Made by a program: the position numbers and the translations under genes
Assembly: GCA_946965045.2 (NCBI GenBank)
Contig: OX337228.1
Coordinates: forward strand, 2,232,001 to 2,296,000
DNA: 64,000 bases
From: Epithemia pelagica
Taxonomy: Eukaryota; Protista; Bacillariophyta
Reading direction: 5' to 3'
Shown here: positions 31,949-41,715 of the stretch, piece after piece
How positions within the stretch are numbered: position 1 is the first letter of the stretch
Layout: each line of letters begins with the position of its first letter
The notes under the pieces: generated by a model
Databases searched by the model: none
Seen by the model: only the letters and a program-made list of their open reading frames with translations
Told to the model about the DNA's origin: nothing

Positions 31949-34729
31949 ATGGAGAGGAGAACAATGAAAACACGAAGTCAATCTGAATCGCGTCTTAAGG
32001 CGCTTGCTCATGTTGCAGTTGCTGCCTCGGAGGCGGAGTCGGAGCCACATTCACCATCACCTATGGCAGCAGCAGACGAAGCAACAATGGCAGCAACAGA
32101 AGAAGCGAGAGCAAGCCATCGGTTTCTTACAGACGAAGACCTCCATAAAGTCAACGAGAAAAAGCATGCAGACAGTCGTCGCGGCAAGCTAAAGGACGAC
32201 AATGCATACACGGACTCGGCGTCGGCTTTGAAACAGCGCCTCAGCGAGCAACGGAAAAAGGATTATGCGGAGGCTGTCGCTGCAGTAAAGAAAGTCAAGG
32301 CCTATGGACGGGATCCATGGGACAATTTCATCCGAGGACTGAAGTTTCTGTCCACTTCGATCAAGGATGGCACTGTGCTGATCAACGCATACGGAGTGTT
32401 TGTGGCAAAGAAGATTGGCGTCACATTTTCGGTGACAGATGCGCCCATTCGCAAATCAGGCACAGGCATCAAGAACTCTAATACGGCCCCCAAGAAAAAT
32501 GACTACGGACTGGAAGTTGGGGAAGTTGTGCCCAAGTCCGTTGGGATTGGGATCCCAACCAAGCAAACTCGAAACAACTCGTGCCTCAAGTTTCGACAGT
32601 TCAGCTTCTCCCTCAAGAATGATCCGATCTTCAAGATTATGCTGGGGACAAAACACATCTTCACAGTCAAGAAGTCGGGCCTCAAGGCCGAAGAGGGAAA
32701 AGAAGGCCCCGGGTTTGGTCTTTTTTCTGTACAAGAGCACAAAGTAGGTGAGGTGATTGGTGTGTATGCAGGGTTGGATATCACCTCTCGGACCGTCGGT
32801 CGGACCGAGTACGCAATTCAGTTTGGAGAGCACGGAGAACGCATCGTTCAAGCCGACAACGAGGATTTCTTTTTCATGGGGTTTCATTTGATGAATGATC
32901 CCCAGTATCACCTCTACGATACAGAAGAAGGACCTGACGAAGCACACCAGGACTACAACGTGCGTATCGACAAGAATCTGCTAGTTCGTGTGATCAAGGA
33001 GATCGCGGAGGGGGACGAGCTGTTTTTATTCTACAACCTTAGCTCGGACACCAAGACAATCGCAGCCTCAAAGGAAGGCGGTGAGGAGCCTGATGAGGAT
33101 GTGCAGAAGAAGCGAGGTCGATCCAGCCAGGATGATTCTCCGAAGAAGGTGAAGAAGATGAAGATGGGTGGTTCTGGTGGTAATGCTCCTGCTCCTGATG
33201 TTGCCATTCAACAGCACTACCAACCGCACGACCTTCAACTGCACCATCCTGTTCCCGCCGCTGCTGCTCCTGATGTTGCCATTCAACAGCACTACCAACC
33301 GCACGACCTTCAACTGCACCATCCTGTTCCCACTGCTGCTGTTCCTCATGATGTTGCCACTCAACAGCACTACCAACCGCACGACCTTCAACTGCACCAT
33401 CCTGTTCCCGCCGCTGCTGCTCCTGATGTTGCCATTCAACAGCACTACCAACCGCACGACCTTCAACTGCACCATCCTGTTCCTGTCGCTGCTGTTCCTC
33501 ATGATGTTGCCACTCAACAGCACCACTACAATTCTCCGCAAATACACCACCTTCAACCACACCATCATCCTCAGTACCACAGTCCACCATACCATCATCC
33601 TCCACATTCCCACTACACGCCCGGGCATTTCTATGATGAGCATCATCGGCCCCATGTCTTGGTGGCTCAGGGGCAGCTCCCTTATGAAGGATACGGGCAG
33701 GTTCAGCCACAACCAAGCATTCCATATGACGCCCCGATACTCAATCAAAACCCCAGTCCGGAGGACTCTCACCAGGTGGAAGCGGTTGAGGAGGAAGCAA
33801 ATCCGGCAGAGAAAGCAAAAGAACTGAATAAAAACTATGGCCACTTGTTGATCAATTATGAGGGTGATCCACGAGGACGTTTTTTGGTCGCTCCGACAGA
33901 GCTTCTTGGATTGTTGCGTGATGTCTGGTCTCTCGGAACGGAGAAGCATGGGGACGACAAGATTTCGAAGAGAATGCGGGGTGTGCAACAATACACCCCA
34001 CAAATCCAAATGCGCATGTTTGACGGTGAAGGATTAGTGGCACATGACGAATTCACACCCTGGGGGAAGAAGCAGGTAGCTGAAATTGTGGCAACATTCA
34101 AGAAGACTCTTGCTCAAGCCCTTGTGGACATGGAGTACGCAGAGGATGACTCCTTTGCTGAAGGTATCCAGATCCACCTGTCGCTCCTCAAGACCACATT
34201 TGAAAAGGTGCAAGAGCCACATCTGGATTTCAAATGGGATGTGGTCACGCCAAGTCCGGACGAGGAACAGGGTTCGACTGAACAGAAAGGGACACCCCAA
34301 GGCAACGTCAAGACTCGTGGAAAGGGACGAAAAAAGGCGCCGTTCCGAGAACGTGTCCCATTTGCTGTTTTTGTGCCCCTGACGGAGGACGGAATGACTT
34401 TAGAATTGTGGCGGCACCGCAAGGACCACAAGAAGAATAGGCATCAGTTGGGTGAGGTGGTCGACGTTCCCTATGGAACGTTCCTCATGATGCGAGGCGA
34501 TACTGTTCACGCCGGAGGCTTCTTGACCAGTGCCCAAGGCAATCCACGTGCCCATTTCTACATGTATCAAGGGCGTGATCAAACCATTCATCCATATCTT
34601 CCCAAAAACGAGTACCAGTTACCACCCTACTACAACTCAGAAGATCGTCTCGCAGCATATTACCGGCACAGTCAGCATGTCCACTATAAATCTCCAAAGA
34701 AAGTTCGTGGCGCACTTCTTCTAAAATAA
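31949..34729 (+). CDS. SET domain + Gln/His-repeat linker + 2OG-Fe(II) dioxygenase-like fusion protein, 926 aa
   Basis: SET motifs GFGLFS, GEVIGVYAG, HLMND and IKEIAEGDELFLFYN (~32704-33040). Dioxygenase motifs QEPHLD, FVPL, PYGTFLMMRGDTVHAGG and NPRAH (~34190-34560). Uninterrupted ORF. Confidence 0.85.
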   Translation: MERRTMKTRSQSESRLKALAHVAVAASEAESEPHSPSPMAAADEATMAATEEARASHRFLTDEDLHKVNEKKHADSRRGKLKDDNAYTDSASALKQRLSEQRKKDYAEAVAAVKKVKAYGRDPWDNFIRGLKFLSTSIKDGTVLINAYGVFVAKKIGVTFSVTDAPIRKSGTGIKNSNTAPKKNDYGLEVGEVVPKSVGIGIPTKQTRNNSCLKFRQFSFSLKNDPIFKIMLGTKHIFTVKKSGLKAEEGKEGPGFGLFSVQEHKVGEVIGVYAGLDITSRTVGRTEYAIQFGEHGERIVQADNEDFFFMGFHLMNDPQYHLYDTEEGPDEAHQDYNVRIDKNLLVRVIKEIAEGDELFLFYNLSSDTKTIAASKEGGEEPDEDVQKKRGRSSQDDSPKKVKKMKMGGSGGNAPAPDVAIQQHYQPHDLQLHHPVPAAAAPDVAIQQHYQPHDLQLHHPVPTAAVPHDVATQQHYQPHDLQLHHPVPAAAAPDVAIQQHYQPHDLQLHHPVPVAAVPHDVATQQHHYNSPQIHHLQPHHHPQYHSPPYHHPPHSHYTPGHFYDEHHRPHVLVAQGQLPYEGYGQVQPQPSIPYDAPILNQNPSPEDSHQVEAVEEEANPAEKAKELNKNYGHLLINYEGDPRGRFLVAPTELLGLLRDVWSLGTEKHGDDKISKRMRGVQQYTPQIQMRMFDGEGLVAHDEFTPWGKKQVAEIVATFKKTLAQALVDMEYAEDDSFAEGIQIHLSLLKTTFEKVQEPHLDFKWDVVTPSPDEEQGSTEQKGTPQGNVKTRGKGRKKAPFRERVPFAVFVPLTEDGMTLELWRHRKDHKKNRHQLGEVVDVPYGTFLMMRGDTVHAGGFLTSAQGNPRAHFYMYQGRDQTIHPYLPKNEYQLPPYYNSEDRLAAYYRHSQHVHYKSPKKVRGALLLK
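33191..33524 (+). repeat. Coding minisatellite, 75/78-bp units, about 4.4 copies
   Basis: Units APDVAIQQHYQPHDLQLHHPVPAAA (25 aa) and VPHDVATQQHYQPHDLQLHHPVPAAA (26 aa), all in frame. Confidence 0.95.
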
Positions 34730-34869
34730 AAAAACTATAAGTTTATGCTTGCGTGATAGACTTTCGTCTGTTGTTGTAATCCATGACCTCCCCACTTCCA
34801 TTTCTCGTCTCAATCGTCCCCTGTCTCCGACATCTTCAGACGACACTTAAAAATTGATTTGAAGCTTGC

Positions 34870-36478
34870 CCAATCTCGTGTGCTTTGTGCTACATCGGGA
34901 AAAATGCCTCCATCAATGGATGGCCTATTCTCAATGACCATGGCGCCTACGGTCAATCTGAGACCTGGGTACACTCAGGGAGATCCTAAACTAAAATGCT
35001 ACAAAGTAGGAGGGGCAGAGAGTCAATATGGAACGAGACGAGTAGCAACGTCCTTCGGTCTCGAAATGTTGTGTGCTACGTGCTACATCGAGAAAAATGC
35101 CTCCATCAATGGATGGCCCATTCTCAATGACCATGGCGCCTACGGTCAATCTGAGACTTGGGTACGCTCAAGTAGGTTCTAACCTAAAATGCTACAAAGT
35201 AGAAGGCAAGCGAGTCAATATTGAACGAGACGAGTAGCAACGTCCTTCGGTCTCGAAATGTTGTGTGCTACGTGCTACATCGGGAAAAATGCCTCCATCA
35301 ATGGATGGCCCATTCTCAATGACCATGGCGCCTACGGTCAATCCGACACTTGGGTACGCTCAAGTAGGTCCTAAACTAAAATGCTACAAAGTAGGAAGGC
35401 AAGCGAGTCAATATTGAACGAGACGAGTAGCAACGTCCTTCGGTCTCGAAATGTTGTGTGCTACGTGCTACATCGAGAAAAATGCCTCCATCAATGGATG
35501 GCCCATTCTCAATGACCATGGCGCCTACGGTCAATCTGAGACTTGGGTACGCTCAAGTAGGTTCTAACCTAAAATGCTACAAAGTAGGAAGGCAAGCGAG
35601 TCAATATTGAACGAGACGATTAGCAACGTCCTTCGGTCTCGAAATGTTGTGTGCTACGTGCTACATCGGGAAAAATGCCTCCATCAATGGATGGCCCATT
35701 CTCAATAACCATGGCGCCTACGGTCAATCTGATACCTCGTTACGCTCAAGTAGGTTCTAAACTAAAATGCTACAAAGTAGGAAGGCAAGCGAGTCAATAT
35801 TGAACAAGACGAGTAGCAACGTCCTTCGGTCTCGAAATGTTGTGTGCTACGTGCTACATCGAGAAAAATGCCTCCATCAATGGATGGCCCATTCTCAATG
35901 ACCATGGCGCCTACGGTCAATCTGATACCTCGTTACGCTCAAGTAGGTCCTAAACTAAAATGCTACAAAGTAGGAAGGCAAGCGAGTCAATATTGAACGA
36001 GACGAGTAGCAACGTCCTTCGGTCTCGAAATGTTGTGTGCTACGTGCTACATCGAGAAAAATGCCTCCATCAATGGATGGCCCATTCTCAATGACCATGG
36101 CGCCTACGGTCAATCTGAGACTTGGGTACGCTCAAGTAGGTCCTAAACTAAAATGCTACAAAGTAGGAAGGCAAGCGAGTCAATATTGAACGAGACGAGT
36201 AGCAACGTCCTTCGGTCTCGAAATGTTGTGTGCTACGTGCTACATCGAGAAAAATGTCTACATCAATGGATGGCCCATTCTCAATGACCATGGCACCTAC
36301 GGTCAATCTGATACCTCGTTACGCTCAAGTAGGTCCTAAACTAAAATGCTACAAAGTAGGAGGGGCAGAGAATCAAGATTGAACGAGACGAGTAGCGGAA
36401 ACTGACGATGAGGATCGATTGTGGTTCGTGTCGCGAGAGATGAAAATCCTCATCGATGGACGACTATTTTGCGATAAC
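34870..36478. repeat. Right 193-bp tandem array, about 8 units, inverted relative to the left array
   Basis: Marker CCATGG starts at 34938, 35131, 35323, 35516, 35709, 35902, 36095 and 36288, plus a degenerate copy at 36478. Confidence 0.97.
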
Positions 36479-37028
36479 CATGGCACCTACGATAGTTATG
36501 ATACTTGGTTTCACGAAGGTAGACCCTAAAGTAAAAGCCCTTCAAGTATGAACTGTAGAACTACCATATTGGAGCTTCGGCAGTACATCGAGTTACGGAT
36601 GAAAATCTCGTTCCAACAAAAACGAGCCAAATCGAGCAGGGGTTTGTTTGCGCTATCACGCCCACCGATAGCCCATATGACCTGAAAGTGCTCTTCCTTA
36701 CACTACGATAGACACATCGTAGGCACCATTTGATGGTAGGGCACGTAGTGGTCGACTTATAGTACCATCAATGTAGCGGCCAAAGGGCAATCTAGCGGCC
36801 ATTACGTGGACGAAAAAAAAAATGACCCTACAATGGTGAGTTAGAACTCGATAACCATGGCCGCTATAGCAAAAGTGGCCCGCAGGGGCCGAGAGCATTG
36901 TTTGAAGAAGACGTCGCTCGATATTGGGGCATGGGCGTCCTATATTGAGTGAGTTACGCTAGATGTCCATCATGGTCATTTGGCCGCTATTTTCGAGGTT
37001 TTGGCCGCCTCACCCGGCGCGGCACTAG
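36478..37028 (-). repeat. Unique outer part of right TIR
   Basis: Reverse complement of 23481-24030; ends GGCGCGGCACTAG. Confidence 0.92.
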
Positions 37029-37639
37029 GGGGTGACGTGAAGAAAGAGAAGTGCGAATCACTCCCCAGCGATCATCAGACAAATGAAATTTCCCACTTCC
37101 CGAAGCTCGAGTCCAAGTACTTTTTGACACTGTGTAAACCCAACACCTCGAAAACGGACCGCGATCGAACACGCAGACGCGTGCGACCGAACACATGTTC
37201 CACTGGAGGGGCATAAGTAGGGCTTTTGTAACTCCCAGGCTCTATAGACTCGAAACATATGCCTCTTGACGGATGTAAGACACACTCTAATGTTTGAATT
37301 CCTAACGCGTTTTCCCTTGAGCGAATGGTTTCACTGATTGACCAATCAGAAGGCTTAGCGTGGGTTCTCTACCCAGAAAAACCTGTATTCTCGTTGTGAC
37401 AAGCAACAACCCATCGGTGCCAATCAAAAGGTTGCGCACTTCACCATGCACCTTCGTTGAATTCCTACCGAGAAAAGACATGCCAATAAGCTGTGGGCTT
37501 GACACTTGATCCATTAATCGACTTCGTTTCTCTTTGGCAGTCAACGATACCATACGATAGAAACATCCGAAGCTGCTTTACCATCCCACCTTTCCAATCG
37601 TCGCTCTCCTTGATCTCTCCAAGACGGCCTTAAGACAAT

Positions 37640-38705
37640 ATGAATCCCCGCTTGAAAAGCATCGCTCACCTCCCATCAGTTGAGTCTGAAGATGATTCCG
37701 CTTTCCACGTTTGCATTCGGTCCCCTCCAAGCCGCCACGCATCTCCAACTTCCTCGGAATCTTCAGTTGAACACGAAGCGGCCCTTCTGCTATCTATATC
37801 AAGCATATGCGACCGTGAAGTGAAAGACAGGGGATTCGACGCCATCTTTGATGATATGCCTCGGTTTCCTTCACTCGTTTCAGGTTCGCGGTCGGAAGAT
37901 CAATCTCCCCTGAAGCCACGACCGGAACTAGTTCAGCAAGAAAAAACAGACCTTTGTGCTCTCCGCGCTCGAACAGTCTCTATTGATTCTCCAAGACTTA
38001 CAGCCATGGAAGTTGACCGCACGGCTTCTCCAGTTCTGCTTCCCGCCGCGAGAGCCACGGCTCCGGAACCGGTGATAGTTTCTCCGCTGACCCCTCATGC
38101 CACGGTGCGGCGTCTGCCTGCTCGTAAGCCCTCTATTCGCTTAGCCAGACAAAGCCGTCGTGAGTCAATAGTTGAGGAACCCGAAGAGAAGAATGAGGCA
38201 AAGAGCGCGAATCTTGCTCCGAAAAGTGTGAAGGGAAGAACGCTCCAAGCCGCTCCTCCGAAAGGGGTTCCGATCAAGAAGATTGGCCGGAAGAAGTTCT
38301 CTTGGAAATGTTATCCAGAGGTGAGTGTATCGGGTTCCTCAATGAATCCCTTTCTGTTGAATTCGTCAAGACTCACGCTTTATTCATGTGCAGTTGGAAC
38401 AATTCCTGATTACGAACCGGGAAGAGTATCTTAGGCATTCAGCACTGAACTATACGATTCAACAGAAGCAGTACAACAATCGTTTGACTGATGAGCTTCT
38501 TGAGTTGGCAACTCGATATGGATATATCTTCGACACCCAGGAATTCTCTTTCGTCACTGTACGTGACCGCATTCGGTGCTACTACAAGTCCTATGTTCAA
38601 TCAGCCAAGAAAAGAGGCGTTCTTATGGGCTATGCCGCAAGAAAAGCTGGGCTTCTGAAGGAAGACAGTATTGCTGGATCCGCCAAGCTTGTTACGTCTT
38701 TATGA
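37640..38705 (+). CDS. KFSWKCYPELE...VRDRIRCYYKS domain protein (paralog 3), 2 exons
   Basis: Exons 37640-38320 and 38394-38705; GTGAGT...CAG intron of 73 nt at the same YPE|LE position as paralog 1; 331 codons. Confidence 0.88.
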
Positions 38706-39572
38706 GGTTCTACTCAAGATGCAGGGGACGCCATCTCTTCCATTTTCCACGGGAAAGAAGCTATTACGATTGTTCTTGTATCATCCCAAATCGGCGAGGT
38801 TTACGGTTCACATCCTGTCTGCTTATATATGACGTATGGGTGGAAAAAACACTTAAGAACTTCTACATGCCATGAATACCGCGAGTATTACGGAGTTTGG
38901 TACCATTATGAATAAGCTACATAGATGCATTCGTTCATTTTATGTGTGATGTTTACAACAGTTGCCAACAACCAGTGGATACAAAATTAATGTGCCGAAG
39001 AGAGGGGGTGAAGTCATTTCTAAGTTTGTTGGAGAGAAGAACTACTTTTGCATACTCCCGTTCTTCAATCGGTAGGTTCTTCACGTTCCACAGAAGAGAA
39101 AGGAATAGTATTGTGTCCAAAGTCAAAAAGCTTTCTACCTTCCGCGCAATGCGAATCGATCGTCACGGAATCCTTTTGACTGCGGTATTACTGCTCTGGA
39201 GAGACAACTTCTTCTCTCGAGAGCGCTCAATGATGCCCTACATCTTCATCCTTCCTTGCTGTAGGACAAGACAAGCGTATCAAATTTACTTCAGACACAA
39301 CAAAGCATGAAGTTCGCTTTTGATTGGTGGTGACACGAGCCAACACAAGCTACAATACCCGTTTAAAACGGCGATCCCCAACGAAAGCCAATCCCCAGCG
39401 ATTCCCCCGCACGCGTGCGCTTGTGTCGGTGTGCGTTCACTTATCCTTATCCCTACTTGTAGTTTAATCATGTTCTGGTCTCACCCAACAAGGCCCATAT
39501 TCGCAACCAGTGTTGTGGCAAGTGAGTTGTGCATGAAGTATTGAGTCCAAGTTGAACGAAACAAACAAGTCA

Positions 39573-41603
39573 ATGGAGCAACCAGCAGGCTCGAATGCCT
39601 TGTGGCAGAAATTTGCCGCAGACTCTCAGCAGCAACATGGCTCTTCAGCGTTCACAAGCCGTGAAGCTACCAATGGGTTGATGAACCCTCCCATTCGACG
39701 GCAACCAAGCACTCTCTCCAACAGCAACAATATGTTGCATCGAGGACTGAGTAATAGTCATCGAATGGCGTCGTCTCACCAGCTTTCCAGCAGTAGCTCA
39801 CTTTCAAGCACATCAAGACAAAGACTCCAGAAAACAGAAAGTAGTGGCGGTGGCATGTCGAACGCAGTTTTCCCCATGAGTCAGCCCAATCGAACCAGTT
39901 CTGGGATTCTTGGCAACAACGCTGTATTTAGCACATCGCAAAGTCGCATACAGCAAGGTGTTTCTGACGTGAGTTCCAATAGCTCAATGGAAAACTCTGC
40001 TTTCTCTTCCGTCTCGAACCCGCAAACAAAAAACAGCTTAATGAGTGGGTTCCTCAGTCAAAGAAAACTTGGGACTGGCTTGTCGTCCAACAGAAATTCG
40101 TCACAAGTTCTATCTATGGAAAACAGTGACAGTCCATTGGTGGCCGCCCTTTCTCGAAAAATGAAATCAAGCTCTTCAATCAATCAGCAGCAGCAACAAC
40201 AACAAGGGACTGGTCCTTCCAGCTCCGGTTTCCCCATATCCCAACTTTTGGCGGCCAAGAAGCCACATTCCAGCGCGTCTCTTTCTTTGACTGGAAACCG
40301 TCCCTCTGTTGGAAATTTTGCCCCGAACATGTCACCTCCAGCTTTACCTGGCTCAAGCTCAAATAGAACAACCTCCATTTTGAATGCTAGACTCTCCGTT
40401 TCCGCAGATAGCTCAAGGTCCGGCAGTTTGAGGAACTCTGTGTCCATGTCCGCTATTGGGAAAGGTGGAAGCTTGGGCTCAAGCTCGTCTATTAGTAGCA
40501 GATTGTTTCCAGGTGGCGTTCCGTCTCCTTCGACACGTCAAAATATTTCCATAAATCAGTCCTCTTCAATGGGACAAAACCAAACTTTTAATCCTTCTCT
40601 GACATCGAGACTTTCTCAATCTACCAGCAACTTGGGAACTGTCATGAGATCACCATCGCAAGGATCAAATATGACAGCTGTCCAGTCGAATATGGCCATG
40701 CTTTTGAATCGAAATCAACAAAAACCTACCAGCGACTTAGCTTCAATTCTTCGAAAGCAACAACCACAGGCTGTCCAGAGTCGTAAACGTTCTTTGTCGC
40801 AAACGAATCTAGTCACAAATCCGACGGTCTCCAAAACGTCTCGATTTTTGACAAGTGCAACCGCCAGACGGAACAGCGCTGTAATGAGTTCGGATTCCCT
40901 TCTTCACAATAGCTGCAAGCTCTACCCGAAGACCCTTGTTGTATTGGAGTCGGCTCTGGCCTTTGATCCAGAGGCCATCCGAAGATCTGTCCCGTTGATC
41001 GTTGGCAGTCCTTCTGAAAGCAACAAAGAGGGAGAGGACACGAAAGAGCAGGAACAAGGGATGACGCCCCACTTTCCGGCTGCTGCGACCGCAGGGCTAC
41101 GGGACGCCGTGCCGTCCAGCTTCAAATCATCTGCTTGGTATTCGTATCCTTTCAACATTGCTATGAAACATGAAGCGGGATTAGATGTTTTGCAGTTCCT
41201 CGCAAAAGAAGGGCCTGATGTTCTAGCTAAACCTGATGGAGACGAAGAAGCGGCGTCGTTGGGTATTGCCTTAGGGATGGAAAAACCATCGTTGGATATT
41301 ATCCGGCTGATTTTATCCAACAACCCAGCGACAAAGAAGGTCTCCGACCGGCAGTCCAATTTCCCCCTTCATATTGCTGTTCGTGCTCCTCTAGGATCTG
41401 ATGCCCAACGATTGGAATTGGTTCGGTTGATCTACTTTGCGCATCCTTCGGCTATCAAAGAGAAGAATTTCCGTGGAGAAACTCCTTTGGATATCGCTGT
41501 TAGAAGTCCATTTTCGTGCGACGACGTTATTGACTTTCTGCAACAAAACAGCGCACCGGACGAAGAAAGTGAATTGATTGATGCACCAACACCTTTCTCA
41601 TGA
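39573..41603 (+). CDS. Ser/Gln-rich protein with C-terminal ankyrin-like repeats
   Basis: Low-complexity N-terminus; SNFPLHIAV and RGETPLDIAV repeats. First ATG at 39573. Confidence 0.75.
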   Translation: MEQPAGSNALWQKFAADSQQQHGSSAFTSREATNGLMNPPIRRQPSTLSNSNNMLHRGLSNSHRMASSHQLSSSSSLSSTSRQRLQKTESSGGGMSNAVFPMSQPNRTSSGILGNNAVFSTSQSRIQQGVSDVSSNSSMENSAFSSVSNPQTKNSLMSGFLSQRKLGTGLSSNRNSSQVLSMENSDSPLVAALSRKMKSSSSINQQQQQQQGTGPSSSGFPISQLLAAKKPHSSASLSLTGNRPSVGNFAPNMSPPALPGSSSNRTTSILNARLSVSADSSRSGSLRNSVSMSAIGKGGSLGSSSSISSRLFPGGVPSPSTRQNISINQSSSMGQNQTFNPSLTSRLSQSTSNLGTVMRSPSQGSNMTAVQSNMAMLLNRNQQKPTSDLASILRKQQPQAVQSRKRSLSQTNLVTNPTVSKTSRFLTSATARRNSAVMSSDSLLHNSCKLYPKTLVVLESALAFDPEAIRRSVPLIVGSPSESNKEGEDTKEQEQGMTPHFPAAATAGLRDAVPSSFKSSAWYSYPFNIAMKHEAGLDVLQFLAKEGPDVLAKPDGDEEAASLGIALGMEKPSLDIIRLILSNNPATKKVSDRQSNFPLHIAVRAPLGSDAQRLELVRLIYFAHPSAIKEKNFRGETPLDIAVRSPFSCDDVIDFLQQNSAPDEESELIDAPTPFS

Positions 41604-41715
41604 CAGGAAGATTCCCACTCTCTACAAATATGTGCATTAAATAGACGTTAAATGTTCGAATACCCTAAGGATAAACGATTCAAAAGATAGGGATGAATGA
41701 ATGAAAGTGGAAGTT

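Larger units (their letters stand above)
23481..37028. mobile_element. Giant piggyBac-like DNA transposon, 13.5 kb including flanking CTAG, with array-containing TIRs and cargo genes
   Basis: CTAGTGCCGCGCCGGGTGAGG at 23481 is the reverse complement of 37008-37028. About 740 bp of unique TIR are near-identical (3 differences noticed by eye), followed by inverted 193-bp arrays. Internal DDD transposase gene. Confidence 0.9.
22748..37034. mobile_element. MITE 2 (same family, ~740 bp, interior inverted relative to MITE 1), interrupted in its right TIR by the 13.5-kb transposon
   Basis: Ends CACCCCCTAG (22748) and CTAGGGGGTG (37034); direct repeat acgtgaagaa at 22738-22747 and 37035-37044. Own sequence is 22748-23484 plus 37029-37034. 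Confidence 0.82.

Noticed and set aside
30437-33827. Long antisense or alternate-frame ORFs over the Thr-rich and Gln/His repeats (e.g. 30619-31257, 30819-31403, 33068-34009, 33168-33827)
   Set aside because: Low-complexity coding repeats suppress stops in other frames; these are shadow ORFs.
24555-35182. Repeated ~100-aa ORFs (MLRATS...) in both arrays
   Set aside because: By-product of the 193-bp period (not a multiple of 3); non-ATG starts, overlapping, and no coding signature.
24030-36478. 193-bp arrays as a CRISPR array
   Set aside because: Units are contiguous and near-identical with no unique spacers; no cas genes; eukaryotic context.
21939-37218. 10-bp direct repeat gggcataagt (21939-21948 and 37209-37218) as the TSD of a still larger outer element
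   Set aside because: No inverted termini or other element hallmarks just inside the repeats; a chance match is plausible.
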